Assembly: GCA_003990765.1 (NCBI GenBank)
Contig: RBNJ01000270.1
Span: 1-34,720 of the forward strand
Origin: Jimgerdemannia flammicorona
Lineage: Eukaryota
Direction of reading: 5' to 3'
DNA: 34,720 nucleotides
In this document: piece by piece, positions 21,103 through 34,405 of the stretch
Layout of the letters: each line of letters opens with the position of its first letter
How positions within the stretch are numbered: position 1 is the first letter of the stretch
Program-made: the position numbers and the translations under genes
Notes under the pieces: generated by a model
The model's database searches: none
The model's input: the letters and a program-made list of their open reading frames with translations, nothing else
Told to the model about the DNA's origin: nothing

Positions 21103-24100
21103 TTAATTCTTCTTAGGTAGTATATATGATAGTTGTATTATAGATTTATAGCTTTATGATCTATCTAGTAAGGTCAGTTAATAGGCTTAGATGGCTGACT
21201 GTAAGGAGACAAGGAGAAGGTAAGAGTTGTAGGACCTGGAGAGGTAACTTAGGGTAGAAGTAGTGGTAGAGCTGAGGGAGTAGTAGCTAGAGAGAAGAAG
21301 AGAACTATTGATAGAGGAGAGACTACTAATCTGGAAAAAAAAATCCAAATATAATAGCTGATAGTGGGTCTGAGCAGAGGAGTGGCATGAGGTCTGAAGA
21401 CTTGGCTGATAGCATAATAAGTCTAGAAAATTGATATCTGAATTTGCTATCACATTGTACTTCTGAGGCTTAATGGTCATAGTAAAAATAGTTCTGGAGA
21501 TTCTGGCTCAAAAGATAAAGAGAGCAGTCTTAGTGAAGTTTCTAAAGAGGTTGGAAGAGGTAGAAGTAGGCTTTGAGGAGAAGGATTTGATACTGAAAGT
21601 ATTAGAGAAAAGAGTAGTGGTTAGGGGGGTAGTAACTCCTATAGCTTAGTATCTATACTAAGACCTCTGGATGATTTAGTTAGTGGTGGCTAATATACTA
21701 ATAGTAAAGAAGAAGAAGGCCAGAAGATTAATTATTGATACTATTAAAGAGTATAGGAATGTTGTAAATATCAGCTTCTGAGTCTAAGAGGGTATGGAAT
21801 TCAGAATAGAAGATATGAATATCAGAGTGAGGCTGGTAGAGAAGGATAATACTGGAAAAGTGGAAAACTAGTCAGTGGTATTGAAGTAGGGCTCAGTAGA
21901 GTACAAGGTCTCAAGAGTGAAGGGGATATCTGAGGAGGAGGAGGATTTGCTGGAGATATTAGAGAACTTGGCTAGAGTAGTAGAGAGAAGAAGACTGACC
22001 TGGAAGAAGTTTAAGACTAAGACAATAGTAGAGATTGTTAATAAGAAAGTGTAACTAGATTGAACTGCCTGGGAAAGAGTTCAAGAAAGGCAGCAACAGA
22101 AAGATTTATTGGCAAATTTGAGAGAAAGTACAAGAGGGATGGATACTGCTGAGAGAGTTAGTTTCTGAGCTAGTATCTAAGTAAGTGAGAAGAGAATAGC
22201 TACTAGATGAAGGTGGGGCTCAGGGGTAGTATGAGATAGCTGAAGATGAGATGATGGAGAAGGGAGCTCAAGTTCAGTATAGGTCCCTATAGAGGGAGAG
22301 AAGACTGATGAGCTGCAAGATATACTAGAGGAGGACTGAGATAAGTTAGTGAGAATGAATACTGATAGGGGCTGAGAAGTAGATGAATAAGAGATAACTC
22401 TGAGAGTGGAGAAGGCTATTAGTGATGAGAAATAGCTGTAGAAGATACTGATGAATATTATAGTAGATGAGTTAAGAAAGGTGGATTTTTATATTATTAG
22501 TAAGGAGTACTGGAGTTCTATCTTATAAGGAGAGGAAGTAGTACAAAAGCTCTAGAATGAGTTGATTACAGCTCTGCTAGAGATAGAGGAGTATGAGGTA
22601 GATGCTGATAGGGAGGTAGTACTTCTGGTAATTATAAATGATCATATAGCTTATCTGTAGGGCCTGAGAAAGGGGCTGGTCAAATAATAGATAGTATGTA
22701 AGAAATATAAGACTTCCATAAAAGCACAGGATAGAGAAGACTGTCTGGAGCTATTGGCAGCTCTAAATGCTCAGCAAGGAGAGATAGATGAACTTGGGGC
22801 TGAAAGGAACTTAGATATGGCTAGTAATATAGTGAGTATAGAATTGTAGAGTAGGTAAATCTTCTTTAAACATTATTCAATATGAATAGAACAACTAGAA
22901 TCTTTTTTCTAAATGTCAATAGATTATGAGGAATAGTGAGATATTTGAATATTTTCTACTGGCTGAGGGGGCTGGATGCAGATCTATTCTTGCTATAGAA
23001 TGTAGAGTATGATAAGAACTTAGATATAGAGACTAGATAAGAGAATAAAGAGGTGTGACTATATAGAGGAGCAGGGTAGATATTCTTGTTCAGAAGGAGA
23101 AGAGAGATATTAGAGATATTAGACACTAGAAGGGCAGATTGGTATGGAGAGTGTGATAGAGGCCAGGTTGGGGCTCAGTAGTAGTTAGGTCTTACTACTA
23201 CACAGTAGAAAGAGAGGGACATGTAGAGTAGATAAGCAGATTGTAGAACTCAGATACTCTAGTAGAGGCAGAGATTGACTGTTTGGGTGGGGACTTTAAT
23301 ATGGTATATAATAGGAGACTGGACAGGACAGATAGTAGAAAGAAGCTATCTGGAAGGAGTAGGAGAATAGAAAACTGAGAGAAGATTGAAATATTGAGCT
23401 CTCTGATAGATGTAGATCACCAAAAGTAGAGAGAGTGCTGGGTCTATATATATTGAGTAGCTAGACTTAACTCAAGGATTGACTGGATTCTTACTGCTGA
23501 GTTCTGAAGAAAAAATATTTGGAAATTATTAAAAGCAGTATGGTATTCATAGTCTGATCATTGAAATCTTCTGAAATATAAAAGGTTTAGAGGAAGTGGA
23601 GAGGGGTCTGGATATTAGTATTTGAATACTTTCTTATTAGATGAGCTCTCTTTGTAGAATACCTGAATAGTGAATATTAACTTTAGAATTCTTGGTTGGT
23701 AGGCAGAAGGGCTTGCTATTAGAGATCAATAACAATAGTTAAAGTTTGATACTCAGTAGTTCTGGGGGGAGGCTAGGAGGAAGAAGAGCTCTCAGAAGAA
23801 GAGCTATATGAGGTGAGCTTTATGTAGGTTAGAGAAGCTGTTAATGGACTGGACTAGATTGTTAGAGGGTAAGAAGGGGGGAGATTGGAGGGCCCAGTAT
23901 ATCAGGTTTGAGATAGAGGAACTACAGAGGCTACTGAGATAGGAGGAGAACTTACAAGTAAAGAGTATGGTAGTCCAGCTAAGGTGACAGAGTTTGGAAG
24001 AGAGGGAATGGTCTACAAAGTTTTTGTCAAGGCTTCTTCAGGCATAAAGAGTGAGATAGCAGTAGGATGGAGTTTGGAGAAGTCTAGGGAGATAGTGGTG

Positions 24101-26622
24101 GAGACTCAGGGAATCTTAGACCAGTTGAGTGAGTGTTGGGGATTGTTATAGAGCAGAAGGAGAGTGGGGAGAATATACTGACCATTGAGTAGTATCTGGA
24201 GAACTGATACTCAGATCTGACAGAGAGCCTAGGTGAACTTAGAGTATTAGTTCAAAGAGAGGAGATTCTTTGAGTTTTAACAATGATAAGTCTTGAGACA
24301 GCATCAGATAAGGATGGCTTGTCTTGAGATTTTTGAAAGAGAATAGCAAGTATTGAAATAGTATTGAAGAAAATGACTTAGATATATAATAAAGTTATTG
24401 GCTCTAAAACTTAGATTGGGGAACAATGTCTGGGGCTAGGGTTTTATTGTATAAGAACAAGGAGAGAAGAGAGAAGTAGAAGAACTGGAAACTAATTATG
24501 TATACTTCTGAATATAGATTGCAAACTGATTATAAAGATATTAGTAGTCACACTATAAAAGATAGCTCAGTGAGTGCTAGAAGAGGAGCAGAGAGACTTT
24601 GTCAGTAGCTAATTAATTCAAGATAAAACAGTATAGATATATAGAGTTATTGAGAGAGTGTGAGCAGTAGGGATAGATAGTCATCTGGTATTTCTGGACC
24701 AGAAGAAGGCTTATAATAGAGTTCAGTAGGTGTGACTAGAGGGAGTACTGAAGTATATTAGAGTTCTCTCAGGATTTCAGTAGTCCTTGATCAGTCTGTT
24801 AGAGGGAAGTCAGGCAGCTATTCAGATAAATGAACATTGGAGAGTTTCATTCCCTCTGGATAGAGGGGTGTTACAGAGAAATCTACTTTCACTAATCCTT
24901 TATATCCTCTCCTTAGAGTCTCTATTGAACAGGATTTAATATAAGATAGGGGGGTTGAATATTCTTAGAGTGAATTTGAAAGTAGGAGCCTTTGCTGATA
25001 ATATAGTAATTAGGCTGAACTCTATAGAGGATATATATATTAGTACTGAAGAGAGTAGTGGAATAGTATAAAGAGTCTCAGGAGCCAAACTTAACTAGTA
25101 TAAGTATGGAACTCTTATATTAGGAGATAAAATTATAAGTAGGATGTAATTGGAACAATTGTCCTAGCAGGAGAGGCAGTTTTCTATCTGGGGATCTATT
25201 TCTCAGTATATAGCTCTCTGCTATCTAGAGTATAGTGGGAGAAGCAACTAGTGGAGTGGAAAACACTCTATTAGGTTAGAGTGACCAATATATCTCTCTA
25301 ATATAGAGAGTAATAGTGTTGAATGTATATTGGCTGCCCAAGTTATAGTATCTGAGATATTATCTAGACTTTCTAGTATAAGTAATTAAGAGATTGTTGA
25401 AAATAACCAGTACCTGGCTCTGGACTGAGTGGCATAGTCAGATTGGTTGAAAGGTATTGATATTACTAGTAAAATAGAGGGGTCTTAGTCTAGTAGACTT
25501 CACTAAGTACTTATACTGTCTAAGAGCATAGTAGCTAAAGCAAGCTAGTGAGCTGAGAGAGTGAGAGTAGATTCTCTTTATATAGAGAGTATAGGAGGTA
25601 TAGTTCTTCTCCAGAGGTAGGTCTAGTGATTTGCTCTCTCTAGTAGTACTAGAGAGGAGTTAGAGGATATACTTTAGAGGATTCTGATAGAGAGTAGTTG
25701 ATGAGACTCATCATATTGATTTCTGCTGATAAGGTGATGAGAGTGAGATAGACTGGAGATCCCCAGATATAGAGATAGAACCACCTTCTGCTAGAGGGTA
25801 TACCAGTGGATAATTTTTGCCTTGAGGATGATATAGAGTGTCTTTGAGAGTGAGAGAGAGATCTGTAGTTAGAGGCTTAGCAGGTGATGAGAATTAGTGA
25901 AGAGTAGAATAGAGCCAGTATCTGATTATAGAATAAGTTAATAATATGGTAGCTTCTACCTAAGTTCTGAGTAGTGTAGTAGAGGCTTCTGCAGTATAAT
26001 GAAATGTTGAACTTTTGGTCTAGATATCTAGTGAAAGGAGATGCCTTAGAGTGTGAGAAGTGCTTCAATATTGGACAGAAAAGGGGGGTGGTTCAGACTC
26101 CTGAGTACTGGCTAAGAGAGTGTGAAGTATTGAAGAACTTCTGGAGAGTAATTGAAGACCAGATGAGAGTATACCATCCTGAGCAAACAGTGTAGAGAAG
26201 GTGGGCAGCCTTTTAGATAAGACTGGTGGGGGGGTTGGTAATGAATGGCTAATAGTCAGATAGACTCTGACTGTTTTGGATTGGGCTTACTGGACATTGA
26301 CTGTATATTTTTGAGAATGGCTGACAGTTGGCTTTTGGAGTACAAGTAACAAGGTAGGAGTGGTTAGTGATGGAGCTTTTGAATAGATAGTAGCAGAGAT
26401 AAAGATACTGAGAGAGTCTTTATTAAAGACTAGTAGAAAAAATTTGTAAGCAGAGTGAGAGAAGGATTGAGGTAGTTGAGAAAGTAGTATTATTCTAAAG
26501 AGATAGAGAGAGGAGGGGAGCTCTCTCTGTGAGATTGGATGAGGGGTTGATATATATTAGTATATTATAGACTAGTTGGTAATAAATATAGCAGTCTAAG
26601 TGACTATAAAAAAAATAAAAAA
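21103..26622 (+). mobile_element. Degenerate L1/Tx1-like non-LTR retrotransposon (APE endonuclease, RT, C-terminal zinc knuckle); 5' boundary uncertain
   Basis: Relic motifs in order: GDFN ~23290, SRIDWI ~23472, SDH ~23553, LDQKKAY.RV ~24695, RGVLQ ~24863, AFAD ~24988, SGAKLN ~25078, YLGI ~25185, CEKC..C ~26053-26122, then an A-rich tail at ~26608-26622. Confidence 0.85.
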
Positions 26623-27029
26623 ATATAATCTATTTAGCAAATATTTCTTTGGATTTACTTATCTTTCTATAGGTATAAGATTTTTTTATTAACTAATCTA
26701 TAACAAAGATAGTCCTCATACTATACTGATAGCCCTAACCCAATCTACTCTACTCTATCTCACCCCAATATACTCTCTCTCTCTTACTCTTATCTTCTTA
26801 AAGACAATTATATTATTAACCACTACAATTCACCCATCACTTTTTTGCAAATTTCTTCTATCAGATACTGACAGTGACTACTCTGAGGGCCCCACCCTCT
26901 CTATCAGCTAGATAGTATATCTACTATTAGCTCTTTCTAGTGCTCTGAATGAATGGAGTTGATCCAGATGAGATTCAATTCAGGTTCATCATATGATGGA
27001 TTTGAATCAACTTGGATTGGTCTCATGAT

Positions 27030-27130
27030 CTAATCTGGATTGATCCAGATTGATCCAGATTAATCCATCCAGATTGATCTATCCGGATGATCCATCTGGA
27101 TTGATCCATCCAGATGATTCATCCAGATTG
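27030..27130. repeat. Degenerate short tandem repeat (GATTGATCCA / ATCCAGAT units)
   Basis: Recurring gattgatcca, tccatcc and agatg words. Confidence 0.65.
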
Positions 27131-27888
27131 AAATCTTTAATAACATCACCCTTTCTTTTGTTCATTTCACTCTTGTTTTTTTTTTCCTACTACACTTTGG
27201 TGACATTACCCTTTCCTTTGTTCTCTCTCTTTTCTTTGTTCTTTTTCTTTATTCTTTCCTGCCGCATCATGAGCAAACAAAACAGTAGCCCTTAATTCAT
27301 ATGTTGGTCCAGTCTACTCATTTTTCACCCTGCAATGATCATCAAAAGAGAGAGTATTCAAGGTGAAAACATACTCTCTGCTGATAATGTTAGATTCTTT
27401 CTCATATGAGCAGCACACAAGCTGCTCATCGAGAGCCAAAAAGGTGATGGCAGTGGTGATGGCAATGGTGATGGCAATGGCAGGGATGAGGGTGAATTCC
27501 AGCAACAACTCACAGCGGCCCTTCAGACCTCAGAATTCACAGACCTCACAGCTATTATGCAGCAGCCTTTTTGGAGCAGTCAGTAGTAGATGTAGGTTGC
27601 TCTTTTCTACCACTACTTTTTACTTGTTTAAATTCCCCCAGCATGACCTAATTCACCTCATACTCTTCTTAGGGTCCACAGCTCTACAGCGAGATCTGTC
27701 AACTTTATTCACAACATCTGGTCAAGATGAAAAAAGGTTGGAGGATATTGCGGGGCATGCCTTTGGTGGCTGAGCTGTTGAGTCAATGTATCATGTGGTG
27801 GAGGTCTCAAAAGGAACAGAAGCAAGCCTTTGTGAGCAATCTTGTACAACTTATATAACTCATCAGTGTGCAACTCATCAGCATATAG

Positions 27889-27935
27889 CTCACTCACTCA
27901 CTCACTCACTCACTCACTCACTCACTCACTCACTC
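27889..27935. repeat. (CTCA)n microsatellite
   Basis: About 12 perfect CTCA units. Confidence 0.95.
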
Positions 27936-28009
27936 ATGCTCTTTTTCTGAAATACCCATCTCCGTGTTTTATTTAATTTCATTTTTTATATGGTCTCTCT
28001 CTAAAAAAC

Positions 28010-28113
28010 ACCCACACCTGTATACAACCCACCTGCACACAATCCGTCCACATGCAACCCATCTACATGCAATCTGTCCACATGCAATCCATCTACACGC
28101 AATCTGTCTACAC
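28010..28113. repeat. Degenerate 15-bp minisatellite
   Basis: Units like CATCTACATGCAATC and TGTCCACATGCAATC. Confidence 0.7.
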
Positions 28114-29704
28114 ACTTATCTCAGTCTCTCAGATCAAGGCTCAGTTCCATTGGAAAGGAGAGTTCAAAGTTACCTGAGTTCAACCACATCCAGCATCTGA
28201 TCAAATAGAGAAGTTCAAGGGCAAGATGTTCAGTATGAGCAGTACCAGCATCATCATCAAGGCTTGGGGGTCTATATTCAAATCAGAGCCAATCATTCTT
28301 GACCAAGGGGTCCATTGGCCAGCAGGAGTAACCAACAATGAAGAGAACTATATCTTTATTAATGAACATAGAGAGGTGGTTGCAATGGTAGTAAGGAACC
28401 TCTACAGTGATGAGCTTCATTGCCACATCAATGAGATTTGTGAGGATTGTGTCAAATACTGAGTGGCAGGAAAGAGGGGGCAAAAAAAGCAAGGAGGGGG
28501 GGTTTGGACAGAAATTGGGTATACTACAATACTGGCAAAGAGTGGGTTCCAAAATCCCCTACACTTGTCTCCCTTTTTTTTTACTCCTTCCCAGATAAAT
28601 CACACTCTTCACCGATATACTCTTTTTGATACAAATCCAGGGATGCACAAGATTCTGTACCCCTACTAGAACTTTAGAAGTGCTGTTGAAGAGCAAACTA
28701 TACATGAGCATGATATGGCCTATACAGTGATGGCAGCTATGATCTGGGGTTCTTTGAGCAGATTGGTAGAGCATACAGCAGGTCAGCTTGGTGGTGATCT
28801 CAGTATGGCTGTATATACATTCTTGGTGCAATTTAGCATGCTATATGAGGTGAGGAGCTCTACTCTTTTGGGGTACTGCAGCCTGGGGGGTTTCTGCAGC
28901 CCAGGGGATTTCTGCCCCCCTGCATGTAAAAAGGACTAACTGATTGCCATCTGCTTTGGTAGGGTTTCAAGCCAGGGCTCCCAGGGCTGGACCAAGGGCA
29001 GGCATCCACCAGCACAGCCTGGTAGTATGAGGTCTTGGGCCAAGAGTTCACCCAACTGTATACTTACATCACATCAGGATATGTTGGGCGCAACCTTTCT
29101 CTGCCCACACACACAGACAACAATGTCACTCTGGTAATATTTTATGTTCTAGAAAGGAAGGGCCCAACCTGGGAGGATAGCAGCAGAGTCTGATACAACC
29201 TCACTTATGATTTTGGGGTCCCATTTATAGCCAACACAGCCATCCTCTTCTAACCACATGACCACCATGGTACTGTTGCCTTTGAGGAGAGCTCAGACAC
29301 AACAGTGTCACACTCACAATAGATGATAGACTCATCAAGGCCTAGGACCAGTGGGTGGAGCAGTTTTTGTGAGGGTTAGGCAATCTTTCACAAGGGATAG
29401 ACAGTCTTTCATGAGGGTTAGGCAGTCATTTTGTATAGGTTGGGCAGTCTTATGTGGAGGGTTAGGCCAGATGTCTCTTCTATAGCACTAGCTTAGCCAT
29501 TATGCAGGGTCCTATCAGCCCCTTGGCTCTGCTCTGCAGTGCTGCTAGTGCAGTGCTGTGGTGCAGGGCCAGGGCACCCATGGGACCCAAACTGGCAATG
29601 GGGCCTGAATCTGTGGTGGACTTTGACTGCTGAAAATGCCCTCCAACTGCCAGAAGCACCCTCCAACCACTAGAAGCACCCTCTGCCCTGAACTCCTTGG
29701 CAGC

Positions 29705-30335
29705 TTGGGGCTGCCCCCTATACTACTAGTGGAGGGCCACAAATTTTGTATACTCCCTCTGCCTGCCCTGCCTGTCCTGGACACTTGTGGCTCAGGGCTT
29801 CCCCTTACTGCTGATGGAGGGCCACAAATTTTGCATATTCCCTCACTGACCCCATACCCACCAACCCCACTGACTGACCCTGCCCACTGACCCAGGCACT
29901 GATAGCTTGAGGCTGCCCCTTGCTGCTGACAGAGGGCTGCAAATTTTGTATGCTCCCTCTACCTGCCCTATCTATCCTGGACACTTGCAGCTCAGGACTG
30001 CCCCTTGCTGCTGGCAGAGGGCTGCAAATTTTGCACACTCCCTCTACCAACCCCATACCCACCAACCCCACTGACCAACTCCACCCACTGACCTGGACAC
30101 TGACAGCTCAGGGCTGCCCCTTGCTGCTGGCAGAGGGCCATAAGTTTTGCATACTCCCTCCATCAACCCCCCCAACCAGGACACTTGTGGCTTGGAGCTG
30201 CCCCTCGCTGCCAGCAGAGGGCCACAAATTTTGTGTGCTCTCTCTGTCGACCCACCTACCAACCCAAACACTGACAGCTTGGGGCTGCCCCTTACTGCTG
30301 GCAGAGGGCCACAAACACTGCATGCTCTCTCTGCC
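29705..30335. repeat. Complex repeat: seven ~50-bp cores with two alternating linker types
   Basis: Core GGCTGCCCCTTGCTGCTGGCAGAGGGCCACAAATTTTGCATACTCCCTC near 29709, 29796, 29911, 29996, 30112, 30197 and 30282. Confidence 0.85.
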
Positions 30336-30488
30336 GCTGCTGCCAACCCCACCGACCACTGCCCACTTGGGCCACAAACTCCAGACTGAGTCCTTAGGGT
30401 TTTTTACCTTTTTTATTATTTTTAAAAGGTATTAAATATTTCATATGGCCAACCAACTTATCCACAAACCCCCAGGGCCTACAGAATT

Positions 30489-32900
30489 TTAGCAGCCTGA
30501 GCCCCACCAAGACTTCAGACACACATATGCCTGGATTGTCTCAGCATTCAGTGCATACCTCTTTGGAGCAATGAGGTCCACCCCACCTGAGAACACTTGC
30601 TCGATGAGAGCACTGGAGGCAGGAATCACCAGGTAGTCCCGAGCTATACCACATAGACTGGGGAAGTCCATTTGATGCAGCTGCACACCCCAGTGGGTAG
30701 AGTGGTGGTTAGATTGGTGGGTTAAGTTGGCCCAATGCCCACCTGACAATGCCTCCTGATAACCCACCTTCCACCAGTTGAGTACCTCTGTACCCTCCAG
30801 CAGGATCACATGGTCACTGGTAAGATAAATGGTAAGTTCATCTATTGATGGCAGCTCTTCCACTGATAGCTCTCTCTTCCTCTTTCTGCTGAAGTAAATG
30901 TGGGACAGAAGGGATCCCTCAGCATATTTGTCCGGACTTTGGCTGGAACCTTGCAGTGGTGTATAGTTTTTCTGATATACTTCAATTATGGCCTGCTTGG
31001 TTCTCTCAATGAAGTGCTGCTCCCAGCTCTGATCTTTATAGTATTGTAGTTTTAAGCATGGGTCCAGTACTATTCAAAGAAGAGGAGAGAGTGAGCTTTT
31101 GCAGAGGTTTCTCTGTTTTGGAAGGGGCAATGGCCACACACCAACATCAATATATCTGTACTGATTGAGTATACAGCAGTATCTGTTTAGGAGTAGTACT
31201 TTCTGAGCTTGCTAAGAGTAACCTTCATGGTATCTCTCTGATCTGAGCTCAACTGTAAATTACTACAACCCTCCAGCCTGTCCTTGAGCTTGTCCTCTAG
31301 CTGATCAATTAGAAGGTTGTGTACTGGTATTGCTGAGCTTATTGTCGGGGTCGTTTGTTTGACTATATCCTTCATACAATCATCAAAACACTGGCAGTTA
31401 TATGTGGTGAGGTGTTGTATTGTGTAGAGACAGACAAAATGAGTGTAGAGGCTGACAAAATGAGTGTGGAGCCAGAGCAATCACCACTTACTTCCAAAAC
31501 TCTGATAATATTCCTAAGTACATCCCACTTGCTTTCACCTAGAGCCTTGGTCCATATTTCCTTGTTGGCAGCCACTGTTGAATCTATTGGCTTTTTTTGT
31601 TTTTTTTTTTAAAATAAATCATCTGAAATAAGTTGCTTCAGCTGATCAAAGAAAAAAAGAACACATATCACAGCAAACTCCAGTGCACACTAGATCATTG
31701 CAAATATTGAGTTCCAATATATACAGATGTCCAATATAAGCTCTTTCAGGGCTAAACTAATTGCCCTACACTGTGCAGCGAATTTGTCTCATCATTGTGA
31801 GAACAATTGGACTGATACAACCAGGTTGTGCAGCTTGGAAATTATACTCAGGGCCCCTTCTCTCTCAGATGTTTTGTCTACATACATAAGATAGTCCTGA
31901 ACAGTAAGGTTCAGTAAATGGGTCTGGCATCATACACAGTAGCTTTCTGCACCGAAGGCCACATTTTCCTGTTTGAGGCTGGCCACTAAAACTTTGAAAA
32001 ATGTTGAGTTGTTTGTAGCATTGTCTGTCGTAATGGCCAAAATCTGTACTTGAAATATTCAGTTGGCGAATTTATGTGAAAATAAATAACTAATAAAATC
32101 TGGTTTGTTTTAGGACCTCCCTCAAAATGCCGACCTGATAGCAAGTCCCCCTTTTTTACCTTGGTTGTGATTCTAAGCTCCTGGATATAACTAATAAAAG
32201 CATTTGCGATATTGTCTCCAGAATGAGGGCCAGCAAGTTTGACGAAGTCAAGGGTGAGAGATTTAAGCTGCCAATTGAGATCAATCTAATGACTGATAAT
32301 ACCCAGAAATAAAATTGCATTGGGGGATGTCCATGTGTCGATCGTAAATAAAATTTTGCCTGCTGAATTCTACTTATTGAATGTGAGGTTAAATTGGTGA
32401 GCTCTTTTATATAATTCAGCTTGCAAAGGTCATAGTGCTGCTCTTATTTTATCTAAAGTGTCTGGTGGAGATTATCATGCTCCTTCCTATAGGCCTCTAG
32501 GACATCTTTACAAATAGTATCAGTACTTGGCAAATATAAATCATACTTGAGGAGGCCAAAGATGCTATGCAATTGATCACTCTCAATGGTTGTGAATAGT
32601 TGGTCTGTGCACACAATCTAGCAAATGAGCTGATTTCAAAATTCTGCTGAAGAGTATAGCTAAATATTTTTGATTAAATGGCATTGTTGGTATAGAAATA
32701 GTCAGGCAATCAGATAAACATACCCACTATAGCTTAGATGTCAATTTTATTTGTCTCTGTATTCTTTTTGATTTTGTCAGAGTACTTGTCTTTTATGTGT
32801 CGATTTATGTTCAAAGTCATATCCCCAAGCATTTTGAACTTCTGGCTGGTGCAGTTTATAGGGGTAGATGAAACAATATCATGTGTATGTCAAAACAAAC
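30489..32900 (-). pseudogene. hAT-family transposase, degenerate, with introns; 5' boundary approximate
   Basis: TIDTWTSP ~32335, ITTDNATNN ~32020, WNS ~31712, VLDP.LK ~31060, and C-terminal dimerisation domain WWK..FPSL..IARDYLVIPASSA..EQVFS. Confidence 0.88.
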
Positions 32901-33276
32901 AAAAAGTATCAATAGGTGTGTCTTAATTTTTTACCTATAATAATTACAAACAACATTATCTCCTATCTTAGCACAATATTGCCAGATTTTGGAGCAAATA
33001 TTACGTGAAAGGTATGGAACTATTAGGAATGTTTGACTTGAAGCATCATTGGTACTGTGAAATGTTGAAGACTGATCTATTGATATGTGTGTTTGTGTAT
33101 TTGCATATGTATGTATTGTAACAGACCAAAAACGTACCACCTGAATTATAACTTAGCCAGATGATGCGAACAATTAGCATACTTACTCAGCATGATGTGA
33201 CTTCCAGTGTATCATAGTTACTCATGCCCGCCACACTTATAATTAGCCAAGACACCAGATCAGGATTGTTTACCTG

Positions 33277-33349
33277 TGTCCTGCGGACACACTCATGTCC
33301 TGCGGACACACTCATGTCCTGCGGACACACTCATGTCCTGTGGACACAC
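33277..33349. repeat. 19-bp tandem repeat x4 (TGTCCTGCGGACACACTCA)
   Basis: Directly visible; lies upstream of the hAT relic. Confidence 0.9.
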
Positions 33350-33559
33350 CTGTACCCAGAGGACACACCCAAACATTACCAAAGATAGCAAATATATAAT
33401 TAGCCACATAGTAACCAGATAGCAACCAACTTGTATAAATTACCCCAGTGGCGAGAGTGAATAAAACCTCAGTCCGAAATTGAAGCAAAAGACAAGTCTG
33501 CCTACCATACTTCAAGAGGAACTCTACAGCCACTGCTAGGAGATTGTGAGCTTATTTCC

Positions 33560-34405
33560 CCACTCCGGTCCACTTTCCGATACAAAGAACAAGTCCGAAA
33601 GTTGAATACAAACCAAAGCAAAAGTCAATTGTCTGGTACACTTAGGAGAAATACCTGCCAAAAGCCACTTGATCCAGGAAGGATTGCAACACTTAGGAGA
33701 TACGCCTGCCAACGAGCCACTGCCAAGAAGTTGTGAGCTTGGTTCTCTTCTCTTCCACTCCGGTCCACTTTCCGATACAAAGCTGAGTTTGCCGCCAAGT
33801 TCAAGGAAGAACTTCGCCGCCTTTGGAACTATTGGTATGCTTGCCAGATAAGCCTGAAGTTTGCCGCCCAAGTTCAAGAAAGAACTTCGCTGCTGTTTCC
33901 CAGTTAGAAGCCCGCCGATTCAGGAAGGATCCGCGCCATCGTATTCCCAGTTGAAGCCGCTGGTTTAGAAGAATCCGCGCCACCCGAGTTAATTCCCAGT
34001 TAAGCCGCCGTTTTCAAGAAGTCCGCCGATTCAAGAAGAATCCGCGTCATCCGCCATTCCCAAGTTATCCGCATTCCCAGTGAGCCTGTTACAGAAGAAT
34101 CCACGCCATACAATTCCCAGTGAAGCCCGCCGCTTTTGGAAAACCTGCACCAAATCGAGAAGTCCGCCAAAATCGTCCCACCAGAAACCGCATACTTTTG
34201 GAAACCCGTCGCGCTACACCAAGATCGTCGCGCTACACAAGAGATCGTCACGCAGAAATTGCATAAGGAGAACTGCTAGATTGCCAGACCGTCACACCCA
34301 GAAATTGCATACTTTTGGAGATCGTCGCGCTACACAAATTATTGTGGCATTCCCAGTTGACCCAAGAAGGAAGTCCATTCACACACAAATCGCCGCTACA
34401 CCCAG
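33560..34405. repeat. Patchwork of dispersed direct repeats
   Basis: CCACTCCGGTCCACTTTCCGATACAAAG x2, ACACTTAGGAGA x2, TTCCCAGT and AAGAATCCGCG several times, CGTCGCGCTACAC x3. Confidence 0.7.

Noticed and set aside
27270..29340. Possible gene or transposon remnant
   Set aside because: Only short ORFs with no motif I recognise; a product cannot be supported.
29370..29470. GGGTTAGG words resembling telomeric repeats (also CCCTAACCC near 26733)
   Set aside because: Isolated, not tandem, and not at PLE junctions.
29705..30335. CRISPR-like repeat-spacer appearance
   Set aside because: Spacers are themselves repeated, cores are degenerate, there are no cas genes and the context is eukaryotic.
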